48,222 bases of DNA from Octopus bimaculoides (taxonomy: Eukaryota). The DNA is taken from positions 168,687,799-168,736,020 of the forward strand of contig NC_068981.1 of the NCBI RefSeq assembly GCF_001194135.2, given 5' to 3'. Below the pieces are notes generated by a model. That model did no database searches and was not told where the DNA came from. It worked only from the letters and a program-made list of their open reading frames with translations. The translations under genes and the position numbers were made by a program. This document shows positions 34,111-46,510 of the stretch, one piece after another (the stretch's first letter is position 1; every line of letters begins with the position of its first letter).

Positions 34111-35606
34111 AAAGCAGTGTTATTTTTTCTATTGTTCATATTCTAACTACAAAAAATAATAAAAGAAAAAAAAAACTAAAAAACCCCCCCACAAAATACA
34201 CAGTTAAATGTCTGTCCTCTGGCGTATTTGAACTCCTGACCAGTCCTGTGTACTTCCATATAGGTAATCCAATAATTGGTTCACAAATACTGGTGCTCGT
34301 AGTATAATCCAATTGTCATAAAATTTCAAATTTTTTCCTTTTTTTCATAAATTGAATTTAGAAAAAAAAAAAAAAACAATAATTTTCGGCCTGTTGGTAC
34401 TGCAATTGAACCCAGAACATAGAAACTGGGAAACTGGACCCATGAGCCTGGCTAGGCTTTGAAAGGGCGCATAAATAAAAAAAAACGCATTCATTGGACG
34501 ACCCAATATAAGCTAGCAGGTCGAAGCTTCGAAGTCACTGTCACTACTCTTCTTGTAAAAGTTTAATACTCTACAAAATGTTTTAAGTAATCCTTCACTT
34601 TAATACTTTAATATAAAATTGCTTTGAATTATAACTCAAGAGTATATAAACACATACACACACATGCACCCACCCATAGTCATCAATCGGAAGCGAGTAT
34701 GACGTGGTAGCAGCTACTATGATTTTGCTAACTGTTTTTAGGTGTTCCTGTAGTCGCGAACAGACATAGACGCTTTCTTGGCTGTTCCGTTCTTGATCCA
34801 TCCAAATATCCAAGATATGTCAGAGAGAGGAAAGGAGAGAAGGTGTACCAGCAATGGGCTGGTACTAATTTTCAGTTGAATAGATCACGTTGAATGATGT
34901 TGCTTTGCTCAAGGACACAAGATCGAACTTGGTTGACGAATCGAACCTGCGATCTTATAGTTGTGAGCACAGCACACTAACCACGAGGCCACGCGATTTC
35001 ACCCATATACATATAATACACACACAGGTGCATACACACGTACGCTATTGTATGAAGGAAGCGCGTAGTTTCATCCATCGTCACATTAGGCAGGCAACGA
35101 TGCATTAGCCATCTGTGCAGAAGCAAAGAAAGGGAGGAAAATAAATAATAGAGATAGGAAAGAAACATATCTGTAATTCCTCAATGTATTAATAAATACA
35201 TAGATAAATATATGTATGTATATATATATAATATAATATAATATAATATAATATACATATACATATATATGCAGACGCGCACACACACACAACAGTACTG
35301 TATGTGATATGGAACGAAACTTCATACCATTTATACCTATTATATGATGACTGCTGAAAGATTACAATTACGCTAGAGCTGTCATCGTGTGTAAGTAAGT
35401 GATGTTCATTCCTGCAAGTGAAGAGTTACTTTCGAAAAATATAGAATAAATAACTAGAAGCACAAAAGTAAACAGTTAGCGAAATCCCCCTCTCCAGGTG
35501 CAAAATTAATTCAGCTAGTCATCTGGTGGAATGGAATAAACTATCTAAGCATTGCTTACCTACAATACGAATACTAATAATAAAAATGGTTTCATTTTTA
35601 TTATTG

Positions 35607-35641
<35 letters not shown>

Positions 35642-36025
35642 GCATATGAATTGACGAGGAGGGAAATGTTCATAAAATTCAATTTTCATCTGTTTGCAAA
35701 ATAGAAGTACGTGTTTCCTTTATTATATGTTCTTTTGCGTTTTTTTCTGTTTTAAAATTTCATTTTTTAAAAAATTCTGTTTTGTCAAAATGAAAATGTG
35801 AGGCTTTTAAGGATTCGCGTTGCATTATAANNNNNNNNNNGTGAGGCTTTTAAGGATTCGCGTTGCATTATAATATTTGAAATGGAAAATGGAGATGTTT
35901 AAGAAGGACTTCGTTAAAATGGTTAAAAATGAGGTCTCCACCTGCTGCAGTCTATTAGCTATCACCATTATCCCCAGGTGTTCTGTGCACGTAAATGATA
36001 TTTGTAATATTTATTAACCATAGCC

Positions 36026-36057
<32 letters not shown>

Positions 36058-36119
36058 CACATATTTACATACATACTGGTGCGTAGATTAGAATTCACCA
36101 CCATCATCGTTATGATTAT

Positions 36120-36550
36120 TTGGCAGTATTATTAGCGCATCGGATAAAATACTTAGCGTCATTATGTTCTGAGTTCAAATACCACCGAGGCTGACTTTGC
36201 ATTTCACCCTTTTGGGGTCAATGAAATAAGTACCTATTTCGTTATTGCCCACAAGGGGCTAAACATAGAGGGAACAAACAAGAACAGACGAACGGATTAA
36301 GTCGATTACATCGACCCCAGTGCGTAACTGGTACTTAATTTATTGACCCCGAAAGGATGAAAGGCAAAGTCGACCTCGGCGGAATTTGAACTCAGAACGT
36401 AACGGCAGACGAAATACCGCTAAGCATTTCGCCCGGCGTGCTATCTCGCCGCCTTCAATGAAATAAGTACCAATGAAGTATTGGTATCGATGTAATCGAC
36501 TTGCTCCTCCCTCAAAATTTAATGTCTTGTGCCTATAGTAGAAATGAATT
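36120..36550. mobile_element. SINE A (+) interrupted by a nested SINE A' (36235-36454, minus)
   Basis: Perfect 17-bp TSD TCAATGAAATAAGTACC at 36218-36234 and 36455-36471. Confidence 0.9.
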
Positions 36551-36773
36551 ATTATTGTTGCTGTTGCGGTGGATTGATAGAACCGTTATTGTCGGATAAA
36601 ATGCCTTGAACTATTCGTCCCGGCTCTTTAGGTTCTGAGTTCAAATTCTGGGAAGGTCAACTTTGCTTTTGATTCTCCCAATGTCGATAAATTAAATTAC
36701 GAGTTAGGTCCTGGAGTAATCGTTTTAATCGACTGTCAATCAAAGTACCAACATTCAATGGAAGTGGTTTGTC

Positions 36774-36811
<38 letters not shown>

Positions 36812-37581
36812 GTGAGTGAGAGTGTCTCCTTGTGTTAGGGTTTTATACCAGAAAAGGATTATAAGGAAAATGATATACCCAGTTTTGCAAATAACGGTCA
36901 ATTTCTATATGCTATCGAAAAGAGTGCGAGAGAGAGAGAGAGAGAGAGAGCTCGGGCCGATGTATAGCAACATGTGAGCTCTTTCGTTTTGGACAGAGCA
37001 CAGTGAAACGTGTGCCTGTTGTTTTACTGAAGACGAAGCGAGAAGACTGGCGTGCTCCTGCGCTACATGTTTGCCCGTAGATCACTCGTGTGGTATATGA
37101 AGAGGCGGATACGATAATCATGACCAGATGCATTAATGCTAATCCGAATCCTTAGTTTTTTGTCACACCTGCGCCATAATATTACTTTCAAGTTTTGGCA
37201 CAATGTCAGCAATTTCGGAGAAGGGATAGGTCAATTAGATCGATCCCAGAGCTCAACTGGTGGTTATTTTATCCATCCCGTAAGGCTGAAAGTCAAAGTC
37301 GACCCAGACGGAATTTGAAGTCGGAACGTAAAGGCAGACGAAATGCCGCTAAGCATTTTGCTCACGTGCTAACGATTATGTCAGCTCGTCGCCTTACATC
37401 TGCGCCATAACATCGGCAGTTGACAAGCTCATAAATTACATACAATAACAAGTCATAAAACCCCTCGAACAACACAAGGCTATCTTCGAAAATATTTAGC
37501 TTCAGTTCAGAAGATCCAGGTGGCAATTGAGAGAGGGCAAGGAACATCTAATGCAGAACGTGTTTCAAACTTTGGCCATTG

Positions 37582-37624
<43 letters not shown>

Positions 37625-38199
37625 CAAATGAAAGCCATACTTTTCTGCGGGGTAAAATGGTTGGGTATTGGTTTGGTCCAGCAATTTGAACCCGCAAAGC
37701 ATATATAATATGAAAGCCAACTACAGAACAAAATAATGATTGTGTCAAGGCCGTGTCTGCAAATAAGGAGATTAAAAAAGAGAAGGGGAAATAAACATAT
37801 ATAATTCTAAAAATTTGTTCACCATTTGGATTTTCTCTCTTGTTAGGTGTGCCAAAAGTCTTCCAGCTAGTTATTTAGAGCTTCTGTTCATCGCACCTTC
37901 TTCAGTTCAGCGGATTTAATGAATGAACGAATGAATGGATGAATAAAGGAATAAATAAAATAACTTCTAAAAAAAAAAACAACAAAAAAAAAACAGTAAA
38001 ATAAATTACTGCGCAAGCTGAACTAAAATCTAATCTCAACCAGTTTTAAGAAGAAATCAATAATTTCTAAAATGTTTCTAACGGGTGTTTGTTGTTTCCT
38101 GTACATCTTAGATGTTATGTTAAGTTTGGTCTCCTGCACAAACACTGAAAGCACGTCTACATAACGAATAGGCAACTACGGATGTTAGCTTATTATATG

Positions 38200-38254
38200 T
38201 ATTTAATGCATGCATGTGTGCATACATGTACGTTATTATGCATGCATGTACATG

Positions 38255-38286
<32 letters not shown>

Positions 38287-38692
38287 TGTATGTATGTATG
38301 TATGTATGCATGTATGCTTGCATGCATGTATGTATGGATATATGTATGTATGGATATATTTGTGTATGTTGTATGTCATTATTCAGTTTAATTTCAAGAT
38401 TTCTTGACTATAGAGAAAGAGCTGGTTTCTAACCTAGATCCCAGGCTCTTTCACTGGAATTTTAACATCAACAACAGGGTATTTTTGTATGTATGTATGT
38501 ATGTATGTATGTATACGTGCAGATTTATATGTTTTGTTTTCTGTGTGTCTTCTCATGCAGGTACTTGCATATGTAGACATGCTCGTATATACTTAAATGA
38601 TAAACTTCTGGAAAGTTTTACAGACTTTTACAGTTCCACTACTACTAATGCTGCCGCTGCTGCTGTTGCTGCTGCTTCTACTGCTGCTGCTG

Positions 38693-38742
<50 letters not shown>

Positions 38743-38745
38743 GTG
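38200..38745. repeat. (TATG)n/(CATG)n and (GCT)n-(ACT)n microsatellites
   Basis: Directly visible at 38200-38370 and 38640-38742. Confidence 0.95.
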
Positions 38746-40199
38746 CGACAACGTCGGTGTTTGTCTCCAAGCGATCGCACAGCCTGCTCGAAATAACAAC
38801 CAAATGTTTTTCAAATCACAGGAAGTGTTCGGCGCTAGAACACTGTTTGCCTAGGGCTAAAAGACGATGATTATTGATTATTATGTCATTTCAAATGTAA
38901 GTAACTTCGCAAGTCCGACAAACAGTATGTTTTAACATGGCTTTCACACATTTGTCCACAAAAAAAAGAGGAACCAGCTGAATACCAGAATAATATCTTA
39001 AGTTATTTAGTTTTGTGTCTTTATATTTTGAGTTCAAGTCCCGGCAAGTTCAACTTTAATTTACATTTCGCTGAAGTCAATAAACCAAATACTAGTAATA
39101 ATATTAATTTCAAATCATATTTATCACGTTCGAGTACATTCGAACGTGAGAAGACCTTCCGTATCAGAAATAGATCTGAGGAGAAATAACCTATAAAACA
39201 TGTGTGGAAAATACATATTGCGTTTCTGCGTTGTTTTGTTTCGTCATCTACGAACATTATAAGTCAGCGAGAACGAATTTAATCTAATTAAAAGAGCTTA
39301 CGGTACATTTGCTGATGTACATAAAGCTTGGGCAAGCAGCATTGAATAACATATATTTGTGTAAAGTAATATTTAATACGCTCGAGTGCATTCGGATGGG
39401 AGAAGACCTTTCCCTGCATAAATAGTCTCGGGAAAAAATTCTCCTCTTTGACATGTATAAAAACACTTGTAGGATAGTGAATATTTAATTTACTGTCACT
39501 ACCAAATTACTTGTGCCTTTGTGCTTATGTTAGAAATCCTCATTATTAATATTTCCAGAAACTATTCAGCACACCCAACAGAACTTCGGATTTAATACTT
39601 GTAATATTTAGTTAATATCTTTTTATGTTCTAAATCCCACCTGGAACGGCATTATCTTTCAGTTTTCCGGTTCTGGTGTCGAGTACCAGTCAACTATTGG
39701 AATCGTTCCGTTAGATGCGTTACGTCTTGCTTTCTGAACACGTGGATTTGCAAAATAAAATTAAGTAGAAAAGTATTATAATTAATGTTGAAATTCTACA
39801 TAGAAAGCCAATTAATGAACTGTTTGAGATAATTTTTCCTCGTTTGAAGGAAAATCTTAAATTTATGAATAAAATAACTTCTTCTTCATTGCTACGCAAA
39901 ATGGCTTCTTCAATCAGAAATACCTATACCCTCTTTCTCCTCTTCACGTTGTCTAAAACGATACTGAACGAACAAGTTTTTATGACTATTAAGCAAAAAT
40001 ATTTTACAAAATCTGCAACAAGAATATTTTCAGAAAAAACCAAACAAAAGTAGTGATATCTTTTTTACACAGTAACATGAGTGAGTGCATTCCATTTCTA
40101 ACGATACTTTTGCCAACAACAACAACAACACTCATTTATCCACATTCTACTAAGTGAGAATGTGAGCTGCAATGGAAGGAGTTCCTCTGACGCAGTGGA

Positions 40200-41645
40200 C
40201 ACATGCTGTTTTAGGGTTTAAATTGAAGAAGGAAGCGTAATAGAAAATTGTTTGCCAAGGAATTTATCCAAGAACAGGCAAGCAGGAAAGTGATCCGTGT
40301 TAGTATCACGTAAAGAAAGCAGGGGACTTTCACTATGCCCTAAAAAAAAAAAAACGAATGATAGAGGATGATGTGTGGATGATGTGAGGGGAAGTGTATT
40401 AACTGTCAACCAAGGCAAAGCGTAAGGAATGTCTTCTAGGCAAGACAGGTAATAAATAGAGATAGTGCGACGCACACCTTCCCATCGGCTCATGTCGCAA
40501 TACATGGACTAGTGAAATTGTCAGGAGTGTTGGAAGTGTCATTGCCTGCAGGCTCATTGTCAAATTTTTTAGCGCAAATAAGCAGGTGGTTAGTGCAAAT
40601 GTACAGAAAAATTACGTGGATTTGCACGTCTAAAAAACCTCTGAAAATACAGGGCTATTCCAGAGCTATGCACCATCGCTGGTGTGGAAACACCTACGGC
40701 GGGGTATATGAGACCGGCAGTGCAGGACAAACAACCCAACCGTCACGCTTGCTGCAAGAGTCAATTGAAGTTTTTCTGCCTTGCCGAACAATAAAGAGGA
40801 GGTGAGAGAATGCCGGACTGCAATAGACCAGCAACGACATATCTCGGAGATTCTTTTTTTCAACAATACTGCCAGTTGCATCACAGGTCCTAGTTCCGGG
40901 TGCTGTCGAAAAACTCGTCTCGTCCTCAGTACAAGAAGCTAGTGAAACAGAAGGACCTCGCTTCTCAGTAGCACTAAGGCCATTCAATTGTAACAATGGA
41001 AAGCAAACGGAGGTTGGAGAGGAGTTGTAGACTATCGCTGAGGTTAGGAAGACGAGAATAGAAGAAAGTTATACAAAAACAAAAGGGATATATAAATATA
41101 AAATTTCAATCATTCCATGGTCGTACGATAGTGATGAAATATAAAACACGACGATGATGTGCTGTATGATAATACGGATTCAGGGAGATGTCAAGAAATA
41201 TGCAAAGGTTAGGAACACATCAATGTTTACCACTCCGTTAAACAAACTTTTCTTGTAGATTGGGGATGCCTTCTAACTTGTCCAATACGAAAATGCTTAG
41301 GGACGCCTTTGGGAGCATCGGATTCTAATACGAAAAGTAGCAGGCAAGCATAGTCGTGCGGTATTCTCACCCGACCCAGCTCGCTAGTTCTTACTTGTAA
41401 GAGTGAGGGCAGTTTCACTATTTGTTTTATATGTTGCTTAAATCATATCTTTTATAAATTATTGTATAGTGCTTTGTATATTCTTCTTCTTATCCCGTAT
41501 ATTTAATTTATATCAAATTTTTTTGGATATTGATATTTATTGCATGACCTCTTTACTTTTCATTTCATTTTATATAGCCATTTTATTGTAACTGTTTTTT
41601 AGACGATGTTGTATGTATGAAAGAGCACTGTTTGTAATAACAAAG
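40200..41645 (+). mobile_element. Degenerate ORF1-like element related to 32760-34110; no RT
   Basis: 40654-40779 reads AIPELCTIAGVE...PNRHACCKSQLKFFC (decayed knuckle; PELCTIAG parallels PDYLTMAG), followed by an acidic stretch and a T-rich tail to about 41645. 5' boundary approximate. Confidence 0.55.
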
Positions 41646-41689
41646 ACATTATTATCCCCTTGTGCCTATAATAGAAATTATTATTATTA

Positions 41690-41905
41690 TTGTTCAGTAG
41701 TTTTATTTTTATAACGTGCTTTCACTTCACTACCAAGCGCAGCTCTGTGTGCCTTGGGTATGTGCTGTGGTTTGCTGTGATGCTCTTATGGTTACTGTAT
41801 TGAAAGTGTTTTGCGTAGGATGTGTGCAGTGCCCAGTAGTGCAATTTTCTGTATGTTATATATATTTGTAAGTCCTGGTGTTTTTGTTATGTATTTGTCT
41901 GTATA

Positions 41906-41964
<59 letters not shown>

Positions 41965-42365
41965 GTTATTATTGTTATTATGTAGTCGTCTTATTTTTAT
42001 TGTATGTTTTCACTCTACTACCGAGATCGCAGCTCTGGGTATGTGCTGAGGTTTATTTTGGAGTTGTTATTTTTATTGTATTGAAAGTGTTCTGCATCAG
42101 ATATGTGTAGTGCCTAGTAGCGCTATGTTTAGTACGTTATATATATTCGTAAATCATGGCTTTTTGGTTATGCATTTGTCTGTGCATTTTTTCATCACAC
42201 CTAAAGCACCTATTAATATAGGGATTGTTTATGTCTTCAGGTTCCTAATTCACGTTATTTCTATTTCCAGATCTTTCTATTTCGACAGTTTCTCCGTTTC
42301 TTATAGCGATATATTGTCATCTTTTGGAACTGATACGTTGATTAAGAGACATTTTATTTATTGAT
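41690..42365 (-). mobile_element. Two head-to-tail Dong/R4-type 3' fragments separated by (TAA)n (41690-41910; 41985-42365)
   Basis: First is the near-identical reverse complement of 3575-3799. Second reads INVSVPKDDN..EKLSK*KDLEIEI..LKT*TIPILIGALG (RLE motif region). Confidence 0.9.
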
Positions 42366-42401
42366 GACCCCTGACAACATCTTGCTGTTGTTGTTGTCGT
42401 C

Positions 42402-42476
<75 letters not shown>

Positions 42477-42945
42477 TAGGTGGCGAACTGGAAGAATCGT
42501 TAGCGCGCTGAACGAAATGCTTAGCGGTATTTCGCTCGTCGATACGTTCTGAGTTCAAATCCCGCCGAGGTCAACTTTGCCTTTCATTCTTTCGGGGTCG
42601 ATAAAATAAGTACCAGTTGAGTACTGGAATCGATTACATCGACTATATCCCTTCCACCCAATTTCAGGCCTTGTGCCTATAGTAGAAAGGATTATTATTG
42701 CTACTATTATTATTATTATTATAATAATTAAGGTGGCGAGCTGGCAGAATCGTTAGCGCGCTTGACGAAATGCTTAGCGGTATTTCACTCGTCGCTACGT
42801 TCTGAGTTTAAATCCCGCCGAGGCAAACTTTGCCTTGCATTCTTTCGAGGTCGATAAAATAAGTACCAGTTGAACACTGAAGTCGATGTAATCGACTCAT
42901 CCCCTCCCCTAAAATTGCTGCCCTTGTGGCAAAATTTGAAACCAT
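42477..42945 (+). mobile_element. Two SINE family A copies in (TTA)n
   Basis: GGTGGCGA(A/G)CTGG..GAATCGTTAGCGCGC heads at about 42479 and 42732. Confidence 0.9.
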
Positions 42946-43356
42946 TATTATTATTATTATTATTGCTGCACAATCTTGTTGTTTATAGGATTATTTGTCA
43001 CCATATGATATTGTATCAACTACAGACAGCTGTATTTGTTTTAAATTGTTGGTGCTCGTCTATTTTAGTTCAGAGAATAATTGAATTTCATGTTTGAAGA
43101 TATTTTCGCTAACGTAAATCTTGTAGATGCTTTGAGCTGTGTCATTGGTGGAAAATAGATTTCTCAGAAAAATAAATATCTGTAACAGTAACAAATATCA
43201 TTCTTGCTCTCAGGGTAAAAAGACAGCCTCGTGACAAATATATCTCTCTCGCGCTTTCTTTCTCTCACTCTCTCTCTTTCTTCCCCTCTCCCTCTTACGG
43301 ATCTAAATGCAAAAAGAAAGATCTCAGGGAAGACACAACTCCGTGAAAATGCAACT

Positions 43357-43402
<46 letters not shown>

Positions 43403-44011
43403 CCATATCTCTCTGAGGAAACATCCCTCTTGGAGCAAAAATAAAGCTTAAAAGAAAATGTACAGATCTGCCAGGAGCGATTTGGATGTTCACTTTCAAC
43501 AAGATAAAATAAACTGTAAATCAAAACACACTCAAATGTTACTAGCAATCGTTAACATTCATGGTAAAAATAATTACAAACTTTATAAATNNNNNNNNNN
43601 NNNNNNNNNNNNNNNNNNNNNNNNNNNNNNNNNNNNNNNNNNNNNNNNNNNNNNNNNNNNNNNNNNNNNNNNNNNNNNNNNNNNNNNNNNNNNNNNNNNN
43701 NNNNNNNNNNNNNNNNNNNNNNNNNNNNNNNAAGAACTAGAGAAATACAAAGCGACTTGCTCCATCTGGCGACTTACTCCATCTTGGCATCGTGCCTACG
43801 TCAGAACGGATTTATGTACGACATTAACTATATTAGTAACAACCTATGGCAACGTCTGCAAAAAATATCTTGATATTATTTCTTCAACAGCCGTTCACCG
43901 ACGAAAAAAAAAAAAAAAAAAAGGCAGTGAATTAGGAATCTAATGAGTCTAGCGTTCTATATTAAACAGGCTTAGCTCATAACATTTTATCTTAAAAATC
44001 CTTTCAGTATT

Positions 44012-44425
44012 TTATCAACGTATTTCGCTGAGCTTTTTATCAACGTTTTTCGCTGAGCTTTTTGTCAACGTATTTCGTTGAGCTTTTTATCCGTCCGTGT
44101 CGATAAAATAAGTACCAGTTGAAGATTGGGGTCGATGTAACCGACTTACCCCCTCTCCCGAAATTACTGGCCTTGTGTCAGAATTTTAAACCAATATTTT
44201 ATCATCTTAAGGCGGTGAGCTAGCAGAATCGTTTACACTCGGATCAAAACACTTAGCGGCATTTCATCCATCTTCACATTCTCGAGCTCAAATTCTACAG
44301 AGGTCGACTTTGCCTTTCATCCTTTCAGGGTCGATGAACTAAGTACCAGTTGAACACTGGAGTTAATGTAATCGACTGTCCCCATCTCCAGAACTTGCAG
44401 GCCTTGTGCCAAAATTTGAAACCAA
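44012..44425 (+). mobile_element. SINE A copies (44090-44200, 44210-44425) preceded by a 3x25-bp tandem repeat (44012-44086)
   Basis: Unit TT(A/G)TCAACGT(A/T)TTTCG(C/T)TGAGCTTT x3, continuing into the SINE core. Confidence 0.8.
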
Positions 44426-44537
44426 TATTTTATCAATGTTTTCACATATTCAAAATATAATTTTGTGAATAATAAATATTAACATTTTCTTACTTTTTGA
44501 AATCTTTATCGAAACTACTTTATTAATAAATTGGCAT

Positions 44538-45020
44538 CAGAAGTGGCTGTGTGGTAAGTAGCCATAGGCGCAGGAGTGGCTGTGTTGTATATCGCTTGCT
44601 TACGAACCACATGGCTCCGGGTTCAGTCCCACTGCGTGGCACATTGGGCAAATGTCTTCTACTATAGCTTCGGACCAACCAAAGCCTTGTGAGTGGATTT
44701 GGTAGACGGAAGCTGAAAGAAGCCCGTCGTATATATGTATATATGTGTGTATATGTGTGTGTGTGTATGTTTTGTGTGTCTGTGTTTGTCCCTCAACATC
44801 GCTGACAACCGATGCTGGCGTGTTTACGTCCCCGTAACTTAGCGGTTTGGCAAAAGAGACCAATAGAATAAGTATTAGGCTTATAAAAAATAAGTCCTGG
44901 GGTCGATTTNNNNNNNNNNTTAGGCTTATAAAAAATAAGTCCTGGGGTCGATTTTCTCGACTAAAGGCGGTGTTCCAGCATGGCCTCAGTCAAATGACTG
45001 AAACAAATAAAAGAGTAAAA
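44538..45020 (+). mobile_element. Full-length SINE family B (contains a 10-N gap)
   Basis: GGAGTGGCTGTG head, CCGGGTTCAGTCCCACTGCGTGGCAC, internal (TA)(TG)n, tail AATGACTGAAACAAATAAAAG. Confidence 0.9.
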
Positions 45021-45024
45021 GAGT

Positions 45025-45590
45025 AGTGAATACGTTAATCGGTCAAATTCTAGTTGGTGAATTTTAGTTAATCAGTGGATTGTTTGTGATAAATTGCTAA
45101 CCAGTGGTCTGTAGGTGATATATTGTCGGGCGGTGAATTATCAGTCGGTGAATTGTTGGTCGGTGTAGTGTTAGTCGATGAATGCTTGGTATACCAGTGA
45201 TTGGTGAATCGTTGCTTGCTATACTAGTGACCGGTGAGTCGTCTGACGGTGCGTTGACGGTCAGTGAATTGTTAGTCGGTGTAATGTCAGTCGGCGAATT
45301 ATTTGTCAGTATGTTAATGATCCGTGAATTGTTAGTCGGTGTGTTCACGGTCCGTGAATTGTTAATCGGTATGTTATCGGTCTTTATGTTGACGAAAGGT
45401 GAGTTGTTAGTTAGTGCTGGCCAGTATACTGTCGATCGCTGAACTCTTGGTCACTTTATTGTTAGACGTTGTCGGTTAATCGTTGGTCGGTATATTTTCA
45501 GTCGGTAGTGAGTTGTGAGAATCATTGGAAGGTAAACTGTTGATCGGTAATCTACTGCCGGTGAATTTTCTTCTAACTCAGTGGCTATGT
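45025..45590. repeat. Degenerate 15-bp minisatellite (consensus approx. GGTGAATTGTTAGTC)
   Basis: e.g. gtcggtgaattgttg, gtcagtgaattgtta, atccgtgaattgtta, gtccgtgaattgtta, atcggtatgttatcg. Confidence 0.8.
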
Positions 45591-46119
45591 GTAAAATCCC
45601 AGAAATAATTGGTGTGATTTTGTTTTCCCTTTTTCGCTCGTAGTCAACTATAATCAATATTTTAAAAAATTGTTTTTACAGCTTAGAGGAAGGAAGGCAA
45701 AGTCCACAAGCTTTTTCAAGGGTACGGAGTTTGATGGGAGAAGGGAAGTTATTTTCAGATTGAAGATGTAATCCAAATGCTTACAATACGGTACCGAAAG
45801 GCCAGGTAGTGCTGTTAAACCGGGTGACTGGTTATATCTATCAGTCAAGAACAGGAAAGGTTACGCCTACAGGCTTCCACATAATTTCTGTCTGACAAAA
45901 ATTCTTGCATCTGATAATATTGTTGCGGCCCTTTGCGCTCTGAGTTGAGGTTGACTTTGTTAGTTATCTTTCCGGGGTTAATAAACAAGTATAAGATAAT
46001 TACCAAGGTCAATGTAATCTACAATTTTCTCATCCACAAAAATATCTGGCTTTTTGCCTGTGTAAGGATCCCACTTTCTTCTCCATTCAGAAGAAATAAT
46101 CCACTTCTTCCTAGTTGAG

Positions 46120-46510
46120 AAATAAGGCTTTCATGATTCGATGCCCGTTGTTTCGGCCTTTTTCGCTTCTCTGTCCCTTGCCTATAAAAGATGCATTCGA
46201 TTAGTGTCAACTCATTTACGTGCAAGAATATTCCTCCAGCTTTAGCTTTCATGTGATAATCATTTTAAATACTACATTTACTATCCAGTCTTGGCTCATT
46301 CTGAGCGTGACTCAACTATTCGAGCAGCAGGCGATTTAATCAAAGCACAAAAGTATTAGATCCTCTTTCGCGGTACAGCTCCTCATTTGACTCTTTGTTT
46401 TGCCAGAAAAACCTTGTGGAAAGCATTGGTCTTATTGATATCTCCTTGTGACACACGCCAGCATTCTGAGCCCTGGAGTAGCAGTGTTGAATAAAGCATA
46501 TTCATGTAAA
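46120..46510 (+). mobile_element. Possible solo LTR
   Basis: TATAAAAG at 46183-46190 and AATAAA at 46490-46495 in a CpG-containing unique segment; TG...CA ends and TSD not established. Confidence 0.3.

Noticed and set aside
35798-35873. 33-bp direct repeat flanking a 10-N gap
   Set aside because: Typical overlap of contig ends across a placeholder gap; assembly artefact.
37845-37920. Possible + exon after ctctcttgttAG (CAKSLPASYLELLFIAPSSVQRI*)
   Set aside because: Short, unrecognised and unsupported by other exons.
38120-38854. ORFs of YVCM/poly-L/poly-T/poly-S type (also 19375-19599, 31578-31861, 41811-42110, 42361-42552)
   Set aside because: Translations of microsatellites.
44875-44954. 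35-bp direct repeat flanking a 10-N gap
   Set aside because: Same assembly artefact, not a TSD or CRISPR-like repeat.
45182-45442. 86-aa GELLV-repeat ORF as a pentapeptide-repeat protein
   Set aside because: No splice or start context and stops in flanking units; explained by the 15-bp minisatellite.
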